NCBI GenBank assembly: GCA_964577375.1 | Contig: CAZNYW010000003.1 | Coordinates: 40,802-104,801, forward strand | Direction of reading: 5' to 3' | Source of the DNA: an uncultured Spirochaetales bacterium | Lineage (GTDB): Bacteria; Spirochaetota; Spirochaetia; DSM-27196; DATKUC01 | DNA: 64,000 nucleotides | Shown: positions 27,592 through 36,971 of the stretch, one piece after another | How positions within the stretch are numbered: position 1 is the first letter of the stretch | Layout: every line of letters begins with the position of its first letter | Program-made: the position numbers and the translations under genes | The notes under the pieces: generated by a model | Databases searched by the model: none | What the model saw: the letters and a program-made list of their open reading frames with translations, nothing else | What the model was told of the DNA's origin: nothing

Positions 27592-28167
27592 TCACCAGTT
27601 TTCCCGAAGCAGCTCGTAGTACGCCTGGGGATATCCGCAGGCTGGGCACTTCTTCGGCGGCTCCTCGCCCTCGTAGATGTAGCCGCAGTTCATGCAGGCC
27701 CACATCACCTTCGACGTCTTCTTGAAAACCTCGCCCTTGATGATGTTCTCACGAAGCCTGGTGTATCGCTTCTCGTGCTGGCGTTCGGCGACGCACACCG
27801 CGTTGAAGACGGCGGCAATCTGGGGAAAGCCCTCCTTCTGGGCCGTCTCGGCGAACTCCTTGTAGATCTGCGTCCACTCCATGCGCTCGCCTTCGGCAGC
27901 GTGAGCGAGGTTTTCCTCGGTTGTGCCGATCTTTCCTGCGGGATAGGCGGCCTGGATCTCCAGATCCCCGCCTTCGAGGAAGGAGAAAAACCGCTCAGCG
28001 TGCTCCCTCTCCTGATCTGCGGTCTCCTGGAAGATCCGGGAGATCTGGACAAACCCGTCCTCCTGTGCCTTCTCTGAGAAGTAGGTGTAACGATTTCGCG
28101 CCTGGGACTCGCCCGCGAAAGCCTTGAGCAGATTCTGCTCGGTCTTGGTACCCTTCACGCTACCCAT
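27592..28167 (-). CDS. rbr: rubrerythrin
   Basis: TEQNLLKAFAGESQARNRY, ERxH di-iron motifs (EREHAERF, ERQHEKRY), and a C-terminal rubredoxin-like CMNCG...CPACG. I place the start at MGSVKGT (28167), with AAGGAG upstream. Confidence 0.9.
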   Translation of the reverse strand: MGSVKGTKTEQNLLKAFAGESQARNRYTYFSEKAQEDGFVQISRIFQETADQEREHAERFFSFLEGGDLEIQAAYPAGKIGTTEENLAHAAEGERMEWTQIYKEFAETAQKEGFPQIAAVFNAVCVAERQHEKRYTRLRENIIKGEVFKKTSKVMWACMNCGYIYEGEEPPKKCPACGYPQAYYELLRENW

Positions 28168-28226
28168 ACGGTAACTCCTTGTGGTGGTGGTCTTATCGAT
28201 ATCGCCCTGCGGCGATTCGTCCTTGA

Positions 28227-29081
28227 TCATGGCGCGGCCCGGGGCGTTGTGGGCCGTTCCCCGGACTGCCCGTTTCCGGTGAGCAAAGCTGCCGCTTCCG
28301 CCCTACCTTCGGGATGAATCCCGTACCGCGTAAGCGCGAAGTCGTAACGGACCGGGTCCTCCGGCTGAATGCACCGAAACGTTTCCGTCACTTCAAGAGC
28401 GGTACGGATGTCCGCTGTCTTCCTGTTCGTGATCCCCAGCAGGCGGCTGATGCGAAGCATGTGTGTATCCATCGGCACGATCAGCTTCGAAGCCGGCACC
28501 GCACTCCATCCGCCGGGATCAACCGCATCGCGGCGCACCATCCACCGAAGGAAGAGATGCAGCCGCTTGCTCGCGCCCTTCGCCGGGTCGGTCACGAGAA
28601 TCCCACAGGGCTCCGGCATGTGGCCGCGGAGCGTCCAGCTGAATTTCTCGAGCGCCGGAAGAACTGTGGCCTCTCCCGGATCGAGTCCCGCAGCGAAGCA
28701 GCCTTCGAGTGAGCCGTACTCGCGGATCACCGTACCTGCGGCGGACAGGAAGGAGGCAATCTCCGTCGCGGTGAAGAAACGGTACACCATCCCCTCAAAG
28801 AGCTTGAGGAGATCGTCGAAACCGAGCCCCGTGACGCCTTCAAGAACCCCGCCCGCGGCGGCGCTCAGACGGCCCAGGATACTCCCGACAATCGCCACAA
28901 TCGAGCCGACGCGGCCGAGTGCAAACGACGATGCGACCAGTGCCACGATCTCCCGCTCCGGTTGCTCCCGGACCGGAAGAACCAGCTCGAGAGGGTCCGG
29001 CGGAACGTACCGCGGGTGGTGAAACCTGCAATACGCCCGCTCGGCGTACAGCCGCAGGCGTTCAAGATCACGAAGATTCAT
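28227..29081 (-). CDS. TIGR02757/DUF2400-family protein (HhH-like fold, unknown function)
   Basis: The C-terminal VPMDTHMLRISRLLGI...DPVRYDFALTRYGI pattern matches my recollection of the DUF2400 signature. By-eye call. Confidence 0.55.
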   Translation of the reverse strand: MNLRDLERLRLYAERAYCRFHHPRYVPPDPLELVLPVREQPEREIVALVASSFALGRVGSIVAIVGSILGRLSAAAGGVLEGVTGLGFDDLLKLFEGMVYRFFTATEIASFLSAAGTVIREYGSLEGCFAAGLDPGEATVLPALEKFSWTLRGHMPEPCGILVTDPAKGASKRLHLFLRWMVRRDAVDPGGWSAVPASKLIVPMDTHMLRISRLLGITNRKTADIRTALEVTETFRCIQPEDPVRYDFALTRYGIHPEGRAEAAALLTGNGQSGERPTTPRAAP

Positions 29082-29159
29082 GATAGATTTTATCAGTTGA
29101 ATACAAGTGTAGCAGAGGTGCCGTATTTGTCAAGGGAGATGTCCGAAGAAGGTCCGCCG

Positions 29160-29735
29160 CTAGTGGAGTCGACGACGCGCACGGCGGCGCCGATAGCCGT
29201 ATACGAAGATCAGGACCAGCCCGAGGAGCACGAACAGCACGGGCCACCACTCGCCCACGAAACTGCGAAAGCTTTGCTGTGCAAGTCCCAGACTGAACGG
29301 GAGAAACACAAGCGAAAGGGCGATGATAGTGACTGCAGGAATCGACATCGAAAGACGGGCGTAGCCTCTCTTGACCAGTCCGTAGGCACCCAGGGAGAGT
29401 CCGACGATGGTCATGAAGACCGGCCAGATCCGCTCCAGTCCAACCGCGGTCATGACTGTCATCATCAGGAAGAGGAAGAGACCTCCCAGGCTCAGAAACA
29501 TTCCGACGAAGACGTAGGACTCGCGGCCGCGGCGAAGGACAAAGGCCACATAGAGCAGTAGGATCCCGCAGACAAAGAAGATCAGGGGCCAGAGCGCATA
29601 CAATTGAGGGATATAGCCGAGAGTGCGCAGAAGCAGCACCAATCCAATAATGAGAAAGAATACGCCGAAAATGAGCAGCTTGTTGGGAAATCGCGGTGAC
29701 GTTCGTGGCATAGGTAGCTGCGGGAATAGTATCAC
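29160..29735 (-). CDS. hypothetical polytopic membrane protein (about 6 TM helices, Arg-rich C-terminus)
   Basis: Consecutive hydrophobic helices. I recognise no family. Confidence 0.55.
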   Translation of the reverse strand: MILFPQLPMPRTSPRFPNKLLIFGVFFLIIGLVLLLRTLGYIPQLYALWPLIFFVCGILLLYVAFVLRRGRESYVFVGMFLSLGGLFLFLMMTVMTAVGLERIWPVFMTIVGLSLGAYGLVKRGYARLSMSIPAVTIIALSLVFLPFSLGLAQQSFRSFVGEWWPVLFVLLGLVLIFVYGYRRRRARRRLH

Positions 29736-29771
29736 GACCGCCCGAGACGCTTCAAGTCGAGGAATCTCGGG

Positions 29772-30022
29772 GGTATAAAGAAGCCTGTTGATACCACGCG
29801 GTCAGTTGTACCCGGTATCGGAACTTACGATCCAGTTGGTCATTTCTTGCCGTTAAGCATATGTGCTGCAACGGATTACATCGATTTATCAACACGCTTG
29901 TTGATACCACCCGGTCAGTTCTACCTGGTATCGGAACTTACGGCGCAGTTGGTCGTTTCTTGCTGTTAAGCATATGTACTGCAACGGATTGCGTCGATTT
30001 ATCAACACGCTTGTTGATACTT
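29772..30022. repeat. tandem repeat, 2.1 copies of a 113-bp unit bounded by inverted TGTTGATA / TATCAACA boxes
   Basis: Unit starts at 29786, 29899 and 30012, and the copies are about 90% identical. Junctions form TATCAACA-CGCT-TGTTGATA (29887-29906 and 30000-30019). The flanks GGTATAAAGAAGC (29772-29784) and GATTTATCAACACGCTTGTTGATACTT (29996-30022) recur at 63679-63816. Confidence 0.9.
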
Positions 30023-30137
30023 CAGAGTAGTCCCGACGGTTTATTGTCACGGCGGACAGCTATCGGTATACTTGGCGTCGAAAACATGAAACTACATTCC
30101 TGCGGCACTATCCTGCGCATTCAGATGGATTTCCCCG

Positions 30138-31214
30138 ATGCAATTAACTGATCGAAATCGAAAACGTCGCCTTGCCGGCGGCCTCCTTCTTGCAGGAGCC
30201 GCGCTGCTTGCGGCTCTCGCCCTTACCGGATGCAGCTCGACTCAATCCTATTACATCGTCGGGAGCTCGGATCAGAAGAAGGAGCTCACAACCCTCTTTC
30301 ATCTTCTGGACAAGACGAAGAAACCGGGCGAAGACCGCGTCTTTCTCATCGAGCAGATTTCCAATATCCTGGCGCGTGCCGGCTACGAGGACCGGATGAA
30401 CCTGTTCCTCACCACCTATGCGGAGAAGAATCCGCATGACGCCTACAACGCCTACTATCTGCTGATGGTCGCACAGAACTACAAAGCGAACGGGGCGATG
30501 CCCTTTGCGATCCACTACTACGAGCGCATTGTCCGCAACTACCCGGATGTCATCGTAAAAGGAACCTCGGTTCAGTTCATTGCGCTTCGAGAGCTTACCA
30601 AGGTCACCCAGCGTCCGGCCCTGCGGCTCGACTACTACAAGGATCTCATTTCCCGCTTCGCCGATCAAATCGACCTGGGATCGACCTATTATTACCTCGC
30701 CCGCACCTACGAGGAGCTGGGGCAGTGGGACCAGGCGTTTCAGGCCTACAAACAGTTTCTCAAGTACCCGGACACGCGAATAGCCGGTCTTCCCGACGCG
30801 CGGAAGGTGATCACCGCCAAGGTTGCATTCTACGATTCGACGAAGGATTGGACCATGCCGACGCTCGACTCGCTTGTGAAGGCGATTCGCGACGCAATCT
30901 GGCGGGCGAGCCCTTCGCGCCTCCTGCACTACAAGGCGAAGGTCAACTTTTTTGCCATGTCCTGGGACCAGCAGTCTTCCGACTACGACAACCAGGCGGA
31001 TTTCCCGATCGAGGCTTTCCTCTCCAACCACGTTCAGGTCGCCGACCATGTGGAAATGACCTCGGACGCAACCGAAGCCTATCTGCGAACTACCGGCTGG
31101 TCCCTCAGAATACCGACCTGGTATCTTTATTTCCGGAAAATCAACTTCCCTGCCGATCCTGAAATAAACGGAAGGTGGGAATGGGCCGGTATCTACTTCG
31201 GCGAGCGGGTATAG
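30138..31214 (+). CDS. lipoprotein with TPR-like helical repeats
   Basis: Signal peptide plus lipobox LALTGCSS. Helical repeat-like sequence (YYLLMVAQNYKANG..., YYLARTYEELGQWDQAFQAYKQFL). Confidence 0.7.
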   Translation: MQLTDRNRKRRLAGGLLLAGAALLAALALTGCSSTQSYYIVGSSDQKKELTTLFHLLDKTKKPGEDRVFLIEQISNILARAGYEDRMNLFLTTYAEKNPHDAYNAYYLLMVAQNYKANGAMPFAIHYYERIVRNYPDVIVKGTSVQFIALRELTKVTQRPALRLDYYKDLISRFADQIDLGSTYYYLARTYEELGQWDQAFQAYKQFLKYPDTRIAGLPDARKVITAKVAFYDSTKDWTMPTLDSLVKAIRDAIWRASPSRLLHYKAKVNFFAMSWDQQSSDYDNQADFPIEAFLSNHVQVADHVEMTSDATEAYLRTTGWSLRIPTWYLYFRKINFPADPEINGRWEWAGIYFGERV

Positions 31215-32548
31215 CGTTTTTCCTCTACTGGACCATGGCGGCGCCGCCTTTTGGCCATGCGCTTCCGGTTGAAGTCCCGGTGTCGGCCCAGTTCGACGAT
31301 CACAGCGTCCGCCGTAGGGTTGCCGGAGACGCATCGTTCCGGCCCCTTCCGACGGCCGCTCTGCTCTCCCGCCAGACACACGAAGGCCCCAGGGTCTTTC
31401 CAATCGACGTGCCGGAAGAACCGTCGCTCTCCCGCTACCTCACCCAGTACAGCTCACCTGCCGGCCTGCGGTGGATCCAGGCTGCGCTCGACCGCGGTTC
31501 GCCGTTCAGAGACTTCATTATTCGGCGCCTGGAGGCCGCCCATCTTCCGCCGGAGCTCTACTACCTCGCAATGATAGAGTCTACCTTCGCGGTGCAGGCG
31601 GTCTCCCGTTCCGGCGCGGTGGGGATGTGGCAGTTCATGGAAAACTCGGTCGGCGACCGAATGTCGATCAACTCCTGGGTCGATGAACGGCGCGATTTCT
31701 GGAAATCGACGGAGGCTGCGGTAGAAAAGCTCGCCTTCAACTACAAAACGCTCGGGAACTGGCTCCTTGCGATCGCAGCCTATAACGGCGGGCTCGGCTA
31801 CATATCCCGTCTGGTGGAGAAGACCGGCATTCACGACTTCTGGAAACTGGCCCGCGGGGGCTATTTCACCCCGGAGACTGCCTCCTACGTGCCCAAGTTT
31901 CTTGCAGTGGCGTCGATCGCGGACTACGCGGGCCGTTTCGGCCTCGACCTGAGCTGGGCTCCGCCGACCACCTGGGTGGAGGTGGCCACCGAGGCGCCGG
32001 TCAGTCTTTCCCTGCTCGGCGAACAGGCGGGAATTCCTGCCGACATCCTTCGAGCCGCCAACGCCGCTCTCAACTACGGTGTGACCCCGCCTGGCGGCTA
32101 CCGCATCAAAGTGCCCGCGCAGTACGCCGCCGCAGCTCGAAGCGCCCTCTCCTCGAGCAGCATAAATCTCATCCGGATGTACCGCCACACCATTCGAACC
32201 GGTGACACCTTCTGGGAGCTTTCCCGGCGCTATCAGGTACCGGTAACGCTGCTGCAGCAGTTCAATCCCGCAATAGATCCGGACTCGCTTCCGCAGGGCG
32301 GGCAGATCCTCGTTCCTGTACTCGCAGGCGTGCCGGATCCCGCCAAGCTCGATGCGGCGGCAGGGACGCCGCCGCCTGCGGCCGGGGCCGATTCGTACAC
32401 GGTTTCTCGTGGTGACACGCTCTGGAGCATTTCGCGGGCCTATGGTATTACTGCGGAAGCGCTTGCAGCCGCCAACCGGATGACGCTCCACGACGTTCTG
32501 AGCGTCGGACGGAAGCTCAATGTTCCCTCGCAGGCGTCCGAAAAGTAA
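31175..32548 (+). CDS. MltD-like lytic transglycosylase with two C-terminal LysM domains
   Basis: SLT catalytic motif ESTFAVQAVSRSGAVGMWQFM...AYNGG. Two LysM repeats (HTIRTGDTFWELSRRY..., YTVSRGDTLWSISRAY...). Signal-like N-terminus. Confidence 0.85.
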   Translation: MGMGRYLLRRAGIAFFLYWTMAAPPFGHALPVEVPVSAQFDDHSVRRRVAGDASFRPLPTAALLSRQTHEGPRVFPIDVPEEPSLSRYLTQYSSPAGLRWIQAALDRGSPFRDFIIRRLEAAHLPPELYYLAMIESTFAVQAVSRSGAVGMWQFMENSVGDRMSINSWVDERRDFWKSTEAAVEKLAFNYKTLGNWLLAIAAYNGGLGYISRLVEKTGIHDFWKLARGGYFTPETASYVPKFLAVASIADYAGRFGLDLSWAPPTTWVEVATEAPVSLSLLGEQAGIPADILRAANAALNYGVTPPGGYRIKVPAQYAAAARSALSSSSINLIRMYRHTIRTGDTFWELSRRYQVPVTLLQQFNPAIDPDSLPQGGQILVPVLAGVPDPAKLDAAAGTPPPAAGADSYTVSRGDTLWSISRAYGITAEALAAANRMTLHDVLSVGRKLNVPSQASEK

Positions 32549-33484
32549 ATGGAGGACCGCGTGAGAATCCACCGTCACCCCGACAGATCTCACCCTGCAG
32601 CAGGCACCGCTCTGCGCGTGGCCGCCGTCCTGCTTTCGGTCCTGACTGGTTCGTTCGCGGCTCCGGCCGTTATCGCCCAGACAAATGCGTCCATCGATAC
32701 CGGAATCAAGGTCACCGCGAAAAGCACAATCGACTGGGAGAAGGCAGAGCTCCGGCTTACTCTCACCGCACCTGTGCAGGACGGCGGCAAGAATGCGCCT
32801 GCCGCGGGATATCGGTCCGAACAGTCGGCCGAACGGGACTTCCCGCAGCTGCTGTCTCAGGCAATTCTGCCCATCCAGATCGACTCACTCCACACCGCCG
32901 CCGACCTGGTCAGGGCGACACCCGGCCTCTACAGATCCTTTGCCGACGCGGCCAAAGGGGCCGACCGGGGCTATCCTGCCTATTCCGCGGATCTACGCTC
33001 GGTGAGCCTGCCCTACACTATACCGCTTTTCCCGACGATTGGTTCCCTCTTTATCCATCACACCTATCCCTCGCCTGTGAACAGAACGCTGCGCTGGGTG
33101 CCGAATGATAAGTTCACCGGCCTTGTGATCTACGCCAAGGGAGATCTTCCGGTGCACGGAACGGACCGGAGCGCGCAGATCGTTCCCTGCCTGTTCCCGG
33201 ATATCTTCGACTCAGATATGCGGACGGTGATAGAAAAGCTTCAGATGGATCCTGCCTATCTGAAACGGTGGGGCGCCGCGGCCTACACACAGGGATTCGG
33301 AGAAAAACAGTTCATCGACAGAATCGGTCTTTCGCCGCTCCGCGTGGTCGCGGCCGGCCTTTTCGGCGAGACGCCGACCGACCCGATCATATCACCGGAG
33401 GATGCCGACAGACTTCTGTCGACCGAGAACAACCGCAGGCTCCTCGCGCAGGGAAGAATTCTCATCATTTACGGCGCCCGGTAG
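32549..33484 (+). CDS. hypothetical secreted protein
   Basis: ATG directly after the upstream stop. Signal-like LRVAAVLLSVLTGSFAAPAVIAQ. I recognise no family. Confidence 0.55.
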   Translation: MEDRVRIHRHPDRSHPAAGTALRVAAVLLSVLTGSFAAPAVIAQTNASIDTGIKVTAKSTIDWEKAELRLTLTAPVQDGGKNAPAAGYRSEQSAERDFPQLLSQAILPIQIDSLHTAADLVRATPGLYRSFADAAKGADRGYPAYSADLRSVSLPYTIPLFPTIGSLFIHHTYPSPVNRTLRWVPNDKFTGLVIYAKGDLPVHGTDRSAQIVPCLFPDIFDSDMRTVIEKLQMDPAYLKRWGAAAYTQGFGEKQFIDRIGLSPLRVVAAGLFGETPTDPIISPEDADRLLSTENNRRLLAQGRILIIYGAR

Positions 33485-33548
33485 CTCCTCTTGTCTTTCG
33501 CAAATCATTGACGAATGTGCTCCATTGTGTTCTGATATTGCGATATCA

Positions 33549-34889
33549 ATGAAAAAGCACACACGCGTCTTATCAAGGTCTTTCATCTTCGGTCTCACGG
33601 CAGCGCTGCTTGTGACGCTTTTCGCCTCCTGTGGTCCGCGAACAATCGGATACGGTGTCATCCTCTGGTCGGAGAACGAGAACGTTCTGCCCACCGGATC
33701 GGTTGTCCGGGTAGTGGACCAGTCTCGAATCTCCAACACCTACACGGTGCTCCCGCCGGCGAAAAGCGCCGGTTCTTCATCGAACAAGACGGTAGAAACC
33801 GCCCAGTGGCGGCTCTCGTTTTTCAGCGATCTCAAGTCGGCAAACGCATTTCAGGCGTCATTTGCTCCCTACGCGAAGGTGTACGCCCGGTCGGAGAAGA
33901 ATGCTCTGCCGATAAGAGCCGAAGCGAGCCCGAGCGCGGACATGGTCTACAAGCTGCGTCAGGGCGAGATAATGAAGGTGCTCCGCAAGAGCGACGCCCC
34001 GAGCAACGAGTCGGGTTTCGAGTCCTACTGGTACGACGTGCTCACGGAAGGCGGCGTGTCGGGTTGGGTGTTCGGCTACTTGCTCACCGTATACGATCAG
34101 GGGCCCGGACTGACTGCTCCACAGCCCGCTCCGGATGTCGACCCCGTTCTTGCGAATATCATGGGTACCATCTGGCGGCCCTCCTACTACGGCCAGATGA
34201 TAGATTCGGGTAACTACGATCTCGCGCGTTTCAAAACCGATTACGGCTTCTTCCCGGATCCCGAGAAGAAGCGGTTCACCCTTTCGCTTCCCGACTACAG
34301 TATCGCGTTCGACTACTCGGCACTGCAGAAGGTCGAATCAAATAGATATGCGGTTCAGGGAACGTCGCTGCTGATTACCGTGAGAAACGACAGCGAGCTC
34401 AGCCTCCAGTACTCCTACAAGGGTAACATCACCAGTACCGTGGTGGACAAAATAGATCAGAATGTCGCCGACCTTATCACCGCGGAGCAGAAACGGCGAG
34501 ACGACCTATACAAGGCATTCATCGACCACGGCAACACTCTCAGCAGCACCGCGTACGGAGAGATCAGGCTGGCGCCGGACAAGAGCTTCACATGGACCGA
34601 TTTCCGTACGCTGGTACCCAACGTGATCCCGCGGACAGCGACCGGCAGCGGAAAGGTAGGATTCCCGCTCTATCTGGACAAGTCTCTCAAGACGAAGTTC
34701 GACGGGGTCCTGACCTTCAATATGAACGGTACCGACAACACTCAGGACGCAAGCTTCCTCTACGCCTTCGCTTCAGATGGCGTGCGCTTTGTCTACGTTC
34801 CCTCCCAGGACATAACCGACAACGTGGTGCAGAGGGAAAGCTTCTCGCCGGTAATCATCTTCTTCACACTCTCCCATACTGGAAGCTGA
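33549..34889 (+). CDS. lipoprotein with a bacterial SH3-like domain
   Basis: MKKHTRVLSRSFIFGLTAALLVTLFASCG lipobox. SH3b-like ...MVYKLRQGEIMKVLRKSD...WYDVLTEGGVSGWVFGYLL. The track start at 33402 overlaps the upstream gene, so I reject it. Confidence 0.65.
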   Translation: MKKHTRVLSRSFIFGLTAALLVTLFASCGPRTIGYGVILWSENENVLPTGSVVRVVDQSRISNTYTVLPPAKSAGSSSNKTVETAQWRLSFFSDLKSANAFQASFAPYAKVYARSEKNALPIRAEASPSADMVYKLRQGEIMKVLRKSDAPSNESGFESYWYDVLTEGGVSGWVFGYLLTVYDQGPGLTAPQPAPDVDPVLANIMGTIWRPSYYGQMIDSGNYDLARFKTDYGFFPDPEKKRFTLSLPDYSIAFDYSALQKVESNRYAVQGTSLLITVRNDSELSLQYSYKGNITSTVVDKIDQNVADLITAEQKRRDDLYKAFIDHGNTLSSTAYGEIRLAPDKSFTWTDFRTLVPNVIPRTATGSGKVGFPLYLDKSLKTKFDGVLTFNMNGTDNTQDASFLYAFASDGVRFVYVPSQDITDNVVQRESFSPVIIFFTLSHTGS

Positions 34890-34902
34890 CAGTCGCCCTC
34901 CT

Positions 34903-36918
34903 ATGTCCTTCGTGCAGCTGACGCAGGTAAGCATCGCCTTCGGCGACCGGGACATCCTCAGGGATGTCGGTTTCGCCGTGCGCGACGGCGATCGAATCGC
35001 GCTCACGGGGGCAAACGGCAGCGGGAAAACCACCCTGATGCGGATAATCGCCGGCCTCGCCGCGCCGGACAGCGGAACGGTGAGCAGCGATCGGGACTGC
35101 CGCATATCCTACCTTCCCCAATCGGGAATCACGCACCAGGACAGAACGCTTCGTGCGGAGCTCGAGGCGGCCTACACATGGGTCCACCGGCTTCTGCGGG
35201 AGATGACCGATATCGGGACCAGGCTCGAAGGTACCCGGGAAGAAACGGGGGAGACCCGGAAGCTCGTCGAAAGGCTGAGCCACCTCCAGGAGCTCGTGAA
35301 TCGCAGCGGCTACTACTCGCGTGAGGCAACCGTTCAGGAGGTGGTGCGCGGCCTCGGATTTCGCCTCCGCGATCTCGATAGGCAGACCGACGAGTTTTCG
35401 GGCGGGTGGCAGATGCGGATCGCGCTCGCGAAGGTGCTCCTCGAGCGGCCCGACATTCTGCTCCTGGACGAACCCACCAACTATCTGGACATCGAGGCCC
35501 GCACCTGGCTGGAAAGCTTTCTCGGCACCTTCGCCGGCGGAATTCTGCTCGTCTCGCACGACCGGTTCTTTCTCGATTCCACCATGTCCGAGGTGGCCGA
35601 GCTCTTCCTCGGCCGACTTTCGGTCTACAAGGGCAACTACACTGCCTACGAGAAGCGTCGGCAGCAGGAGCTTCAGACGATCCTCGCCGAATACGAGCAG
35701 CAGCAGGAGGAGATAGCCCGGATCGAGGATTTCATCCGTCGGTTTCGATACAACGCGAGCAAGGCCGCGCTCGTTCAAAGCCGGATCAGACAGCTCGAAA
35801 AGATCACACCCATCGAAATCCCCGAATCGATGAAGCATATTCATTTCCGCTTCCCCTCCCCTCCCCATTCGGGCCGTCAGGTGGTGACGGTTCGAGACCT
35901 CTCGCGGTCCTACGATACTCCCGCCGGCAGCCGCCCGGTGCTCGAGCGGCTGCATCTCGATATCGAGCGCGGCGAGAAGCTGGTGCTGGCCGGGCCAAAC
36001 GGAGCGGGAAAGAGCACCCTGATGCGTGTGCTCGCCGGATACGACAACTCCTTTTCGGGAAGCGTCACCTTCGGCGCCGGCGTCGAGACCGGCTACTTCG
36101 CAGAAGAGATGTCGGACAGCCTCGACCGGGAAGCGACTGTGATCGAGGAAATGGAAAAGGACGCGCCGGCATCGCTCTATCCGGTTCTCCGCGGAATGCT
36201 CGGCGCGTTCCTCTTCCGCGGTGACGACGTCTACAAAAGCGTCGGTGTGCTGAGCGGCGGTGAACGAAGCCGGCTCGCCCTCCTCAAGATGCTGCTCAAA
36301 CCGTCGAATCTGCTTGTCCTCGACGAGCCTACCAACCACCTCGACATGCAGTCGAAAGAGGTACTTCTCGACGCTCTTCGGCAGTTCTCCGGAACCGTCG
36401 TATTTGTCTCACACGATCGCTACTTCATCGAAGGTCTCGCGAATCGGGTCATCGAGCTCATCCCCGATGAGAGCGAGAAAACCGCATCGCGGGTCCGCAA
36501 TTTTCCCGGAGACTACAGGTACTACCTCTGGCGCTGCGAACAGGAACGCCTGGAGCAGACCGGCTCCGTCGCCGCCCCGGCACGTTCGACGCAACAGGCC
36601 AGGCGGAACGGTGCTGAATCGGAGCCGGAAAGCGCCACGAAAAGAGACTTCGAAGAGGAGAAGCGTCTGAAGAGCGCGCTGCGGAAGCTCCGCCGGGAGG
36701 AGGAGGAGATCATGCGGTCGATGGAAGCGCTCGAGACAAAGGAGACGGAGATTCAGCACGAGCTTGCCCGGCCGGAGGTCTACGTGGACGGCGAAATGGT
36801 CAAACAGCTTACTGCGGCTATCGAGGAGTCAAAGCGACGCCACGAAGGACTCGCCGGCCGATGGGAGGAGGTGCTGAACGAGATTGCCGGCGTCGAGGCT
36901 GAGCTCTCAGGCCGGTAG
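34903..36918 (+). CDS. ABC-F family ATPase (Uup/EttA-like, two ABC domains plus a C-terminal coiled coil)
   Basis: Two Walker A motifs (GANGSGKTT, GPNGAGKST), two signatures (FSGGWQMR, LSGGERSR), and no TM domains. Confidence 0.9.
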   Translation: MSFVQLTQVSIAFGDRDILRDVGFAVRDGDRIALTGANGSGKTTLMRIIAGLAAPDSGTVSSDRDCRISYLPQSGITHQDRTLRAELEAAYTWVHRLLREMTDIGTRLEGTREETGETRKLVERLSHLQELVNRSGYYSREATVQEVVRGLGFRLRDLDRQTDEFSGGWQMRIALAKVLLERPDILLLDEPTNYLDIEARTWLESFLGTFAGGILLVSHDRFFLDSTMSEVAELFLGRLSVYKGNYTAYEKRRQQELQTILAEYEQQQEEIARIEDFIRRFRYNASKAALVQSRIRQLEKITPIEIPESMKHIHFRFPSPPHSGRQVVTVRDLSRSYDTPAGSRPVLERLHLDIERGEKLVLAGPNGAGKSTLMRVLAGYDNSFSGSVTFGAGVETGYFAEEMSDSLDREATVIEEMEKDAPASLYPVLRGMLGAFLFRGDDVYKSVGVLSGGERSRLALLKMLLKPSNLLVLDEPTNHLDMQSKEVLLDALRQFSGTVVFVSHDRYFIEGLANRVIELIPDESEKTASRVRNFPGDYRYYLWRCEQERLEQTGSVAAPARSTQQARRNGAESEPESATKRDFEEEKRLKSALRKLRREEEEIMRSMEALETKETEIQHELARPEVYVDGEMVKQLTAAIEESKRRHEGLAGRWEEVLNEIAGVEAELSGR

Positions 36919-36971
36919 CTGGTCTGCGGGATAGTTTGATCGATTCGGCGGTTTCTGCTACGATCTTCGGA

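Noticed and set aside
29772-30022. Possible CRISPR array
   Set aside because: The 113-bp units abut directly with no unique spacers, the unit length is far above CRISPR repeat size, and no cas genes are present in the window.
29861-30151. 96-aa ORF inside the 113-bp tandem repeat
   Set aside because: Its sequence is the repeat read through twice (internally duplicated peptide). It has no SD and lies in a low-GC non-coding context.
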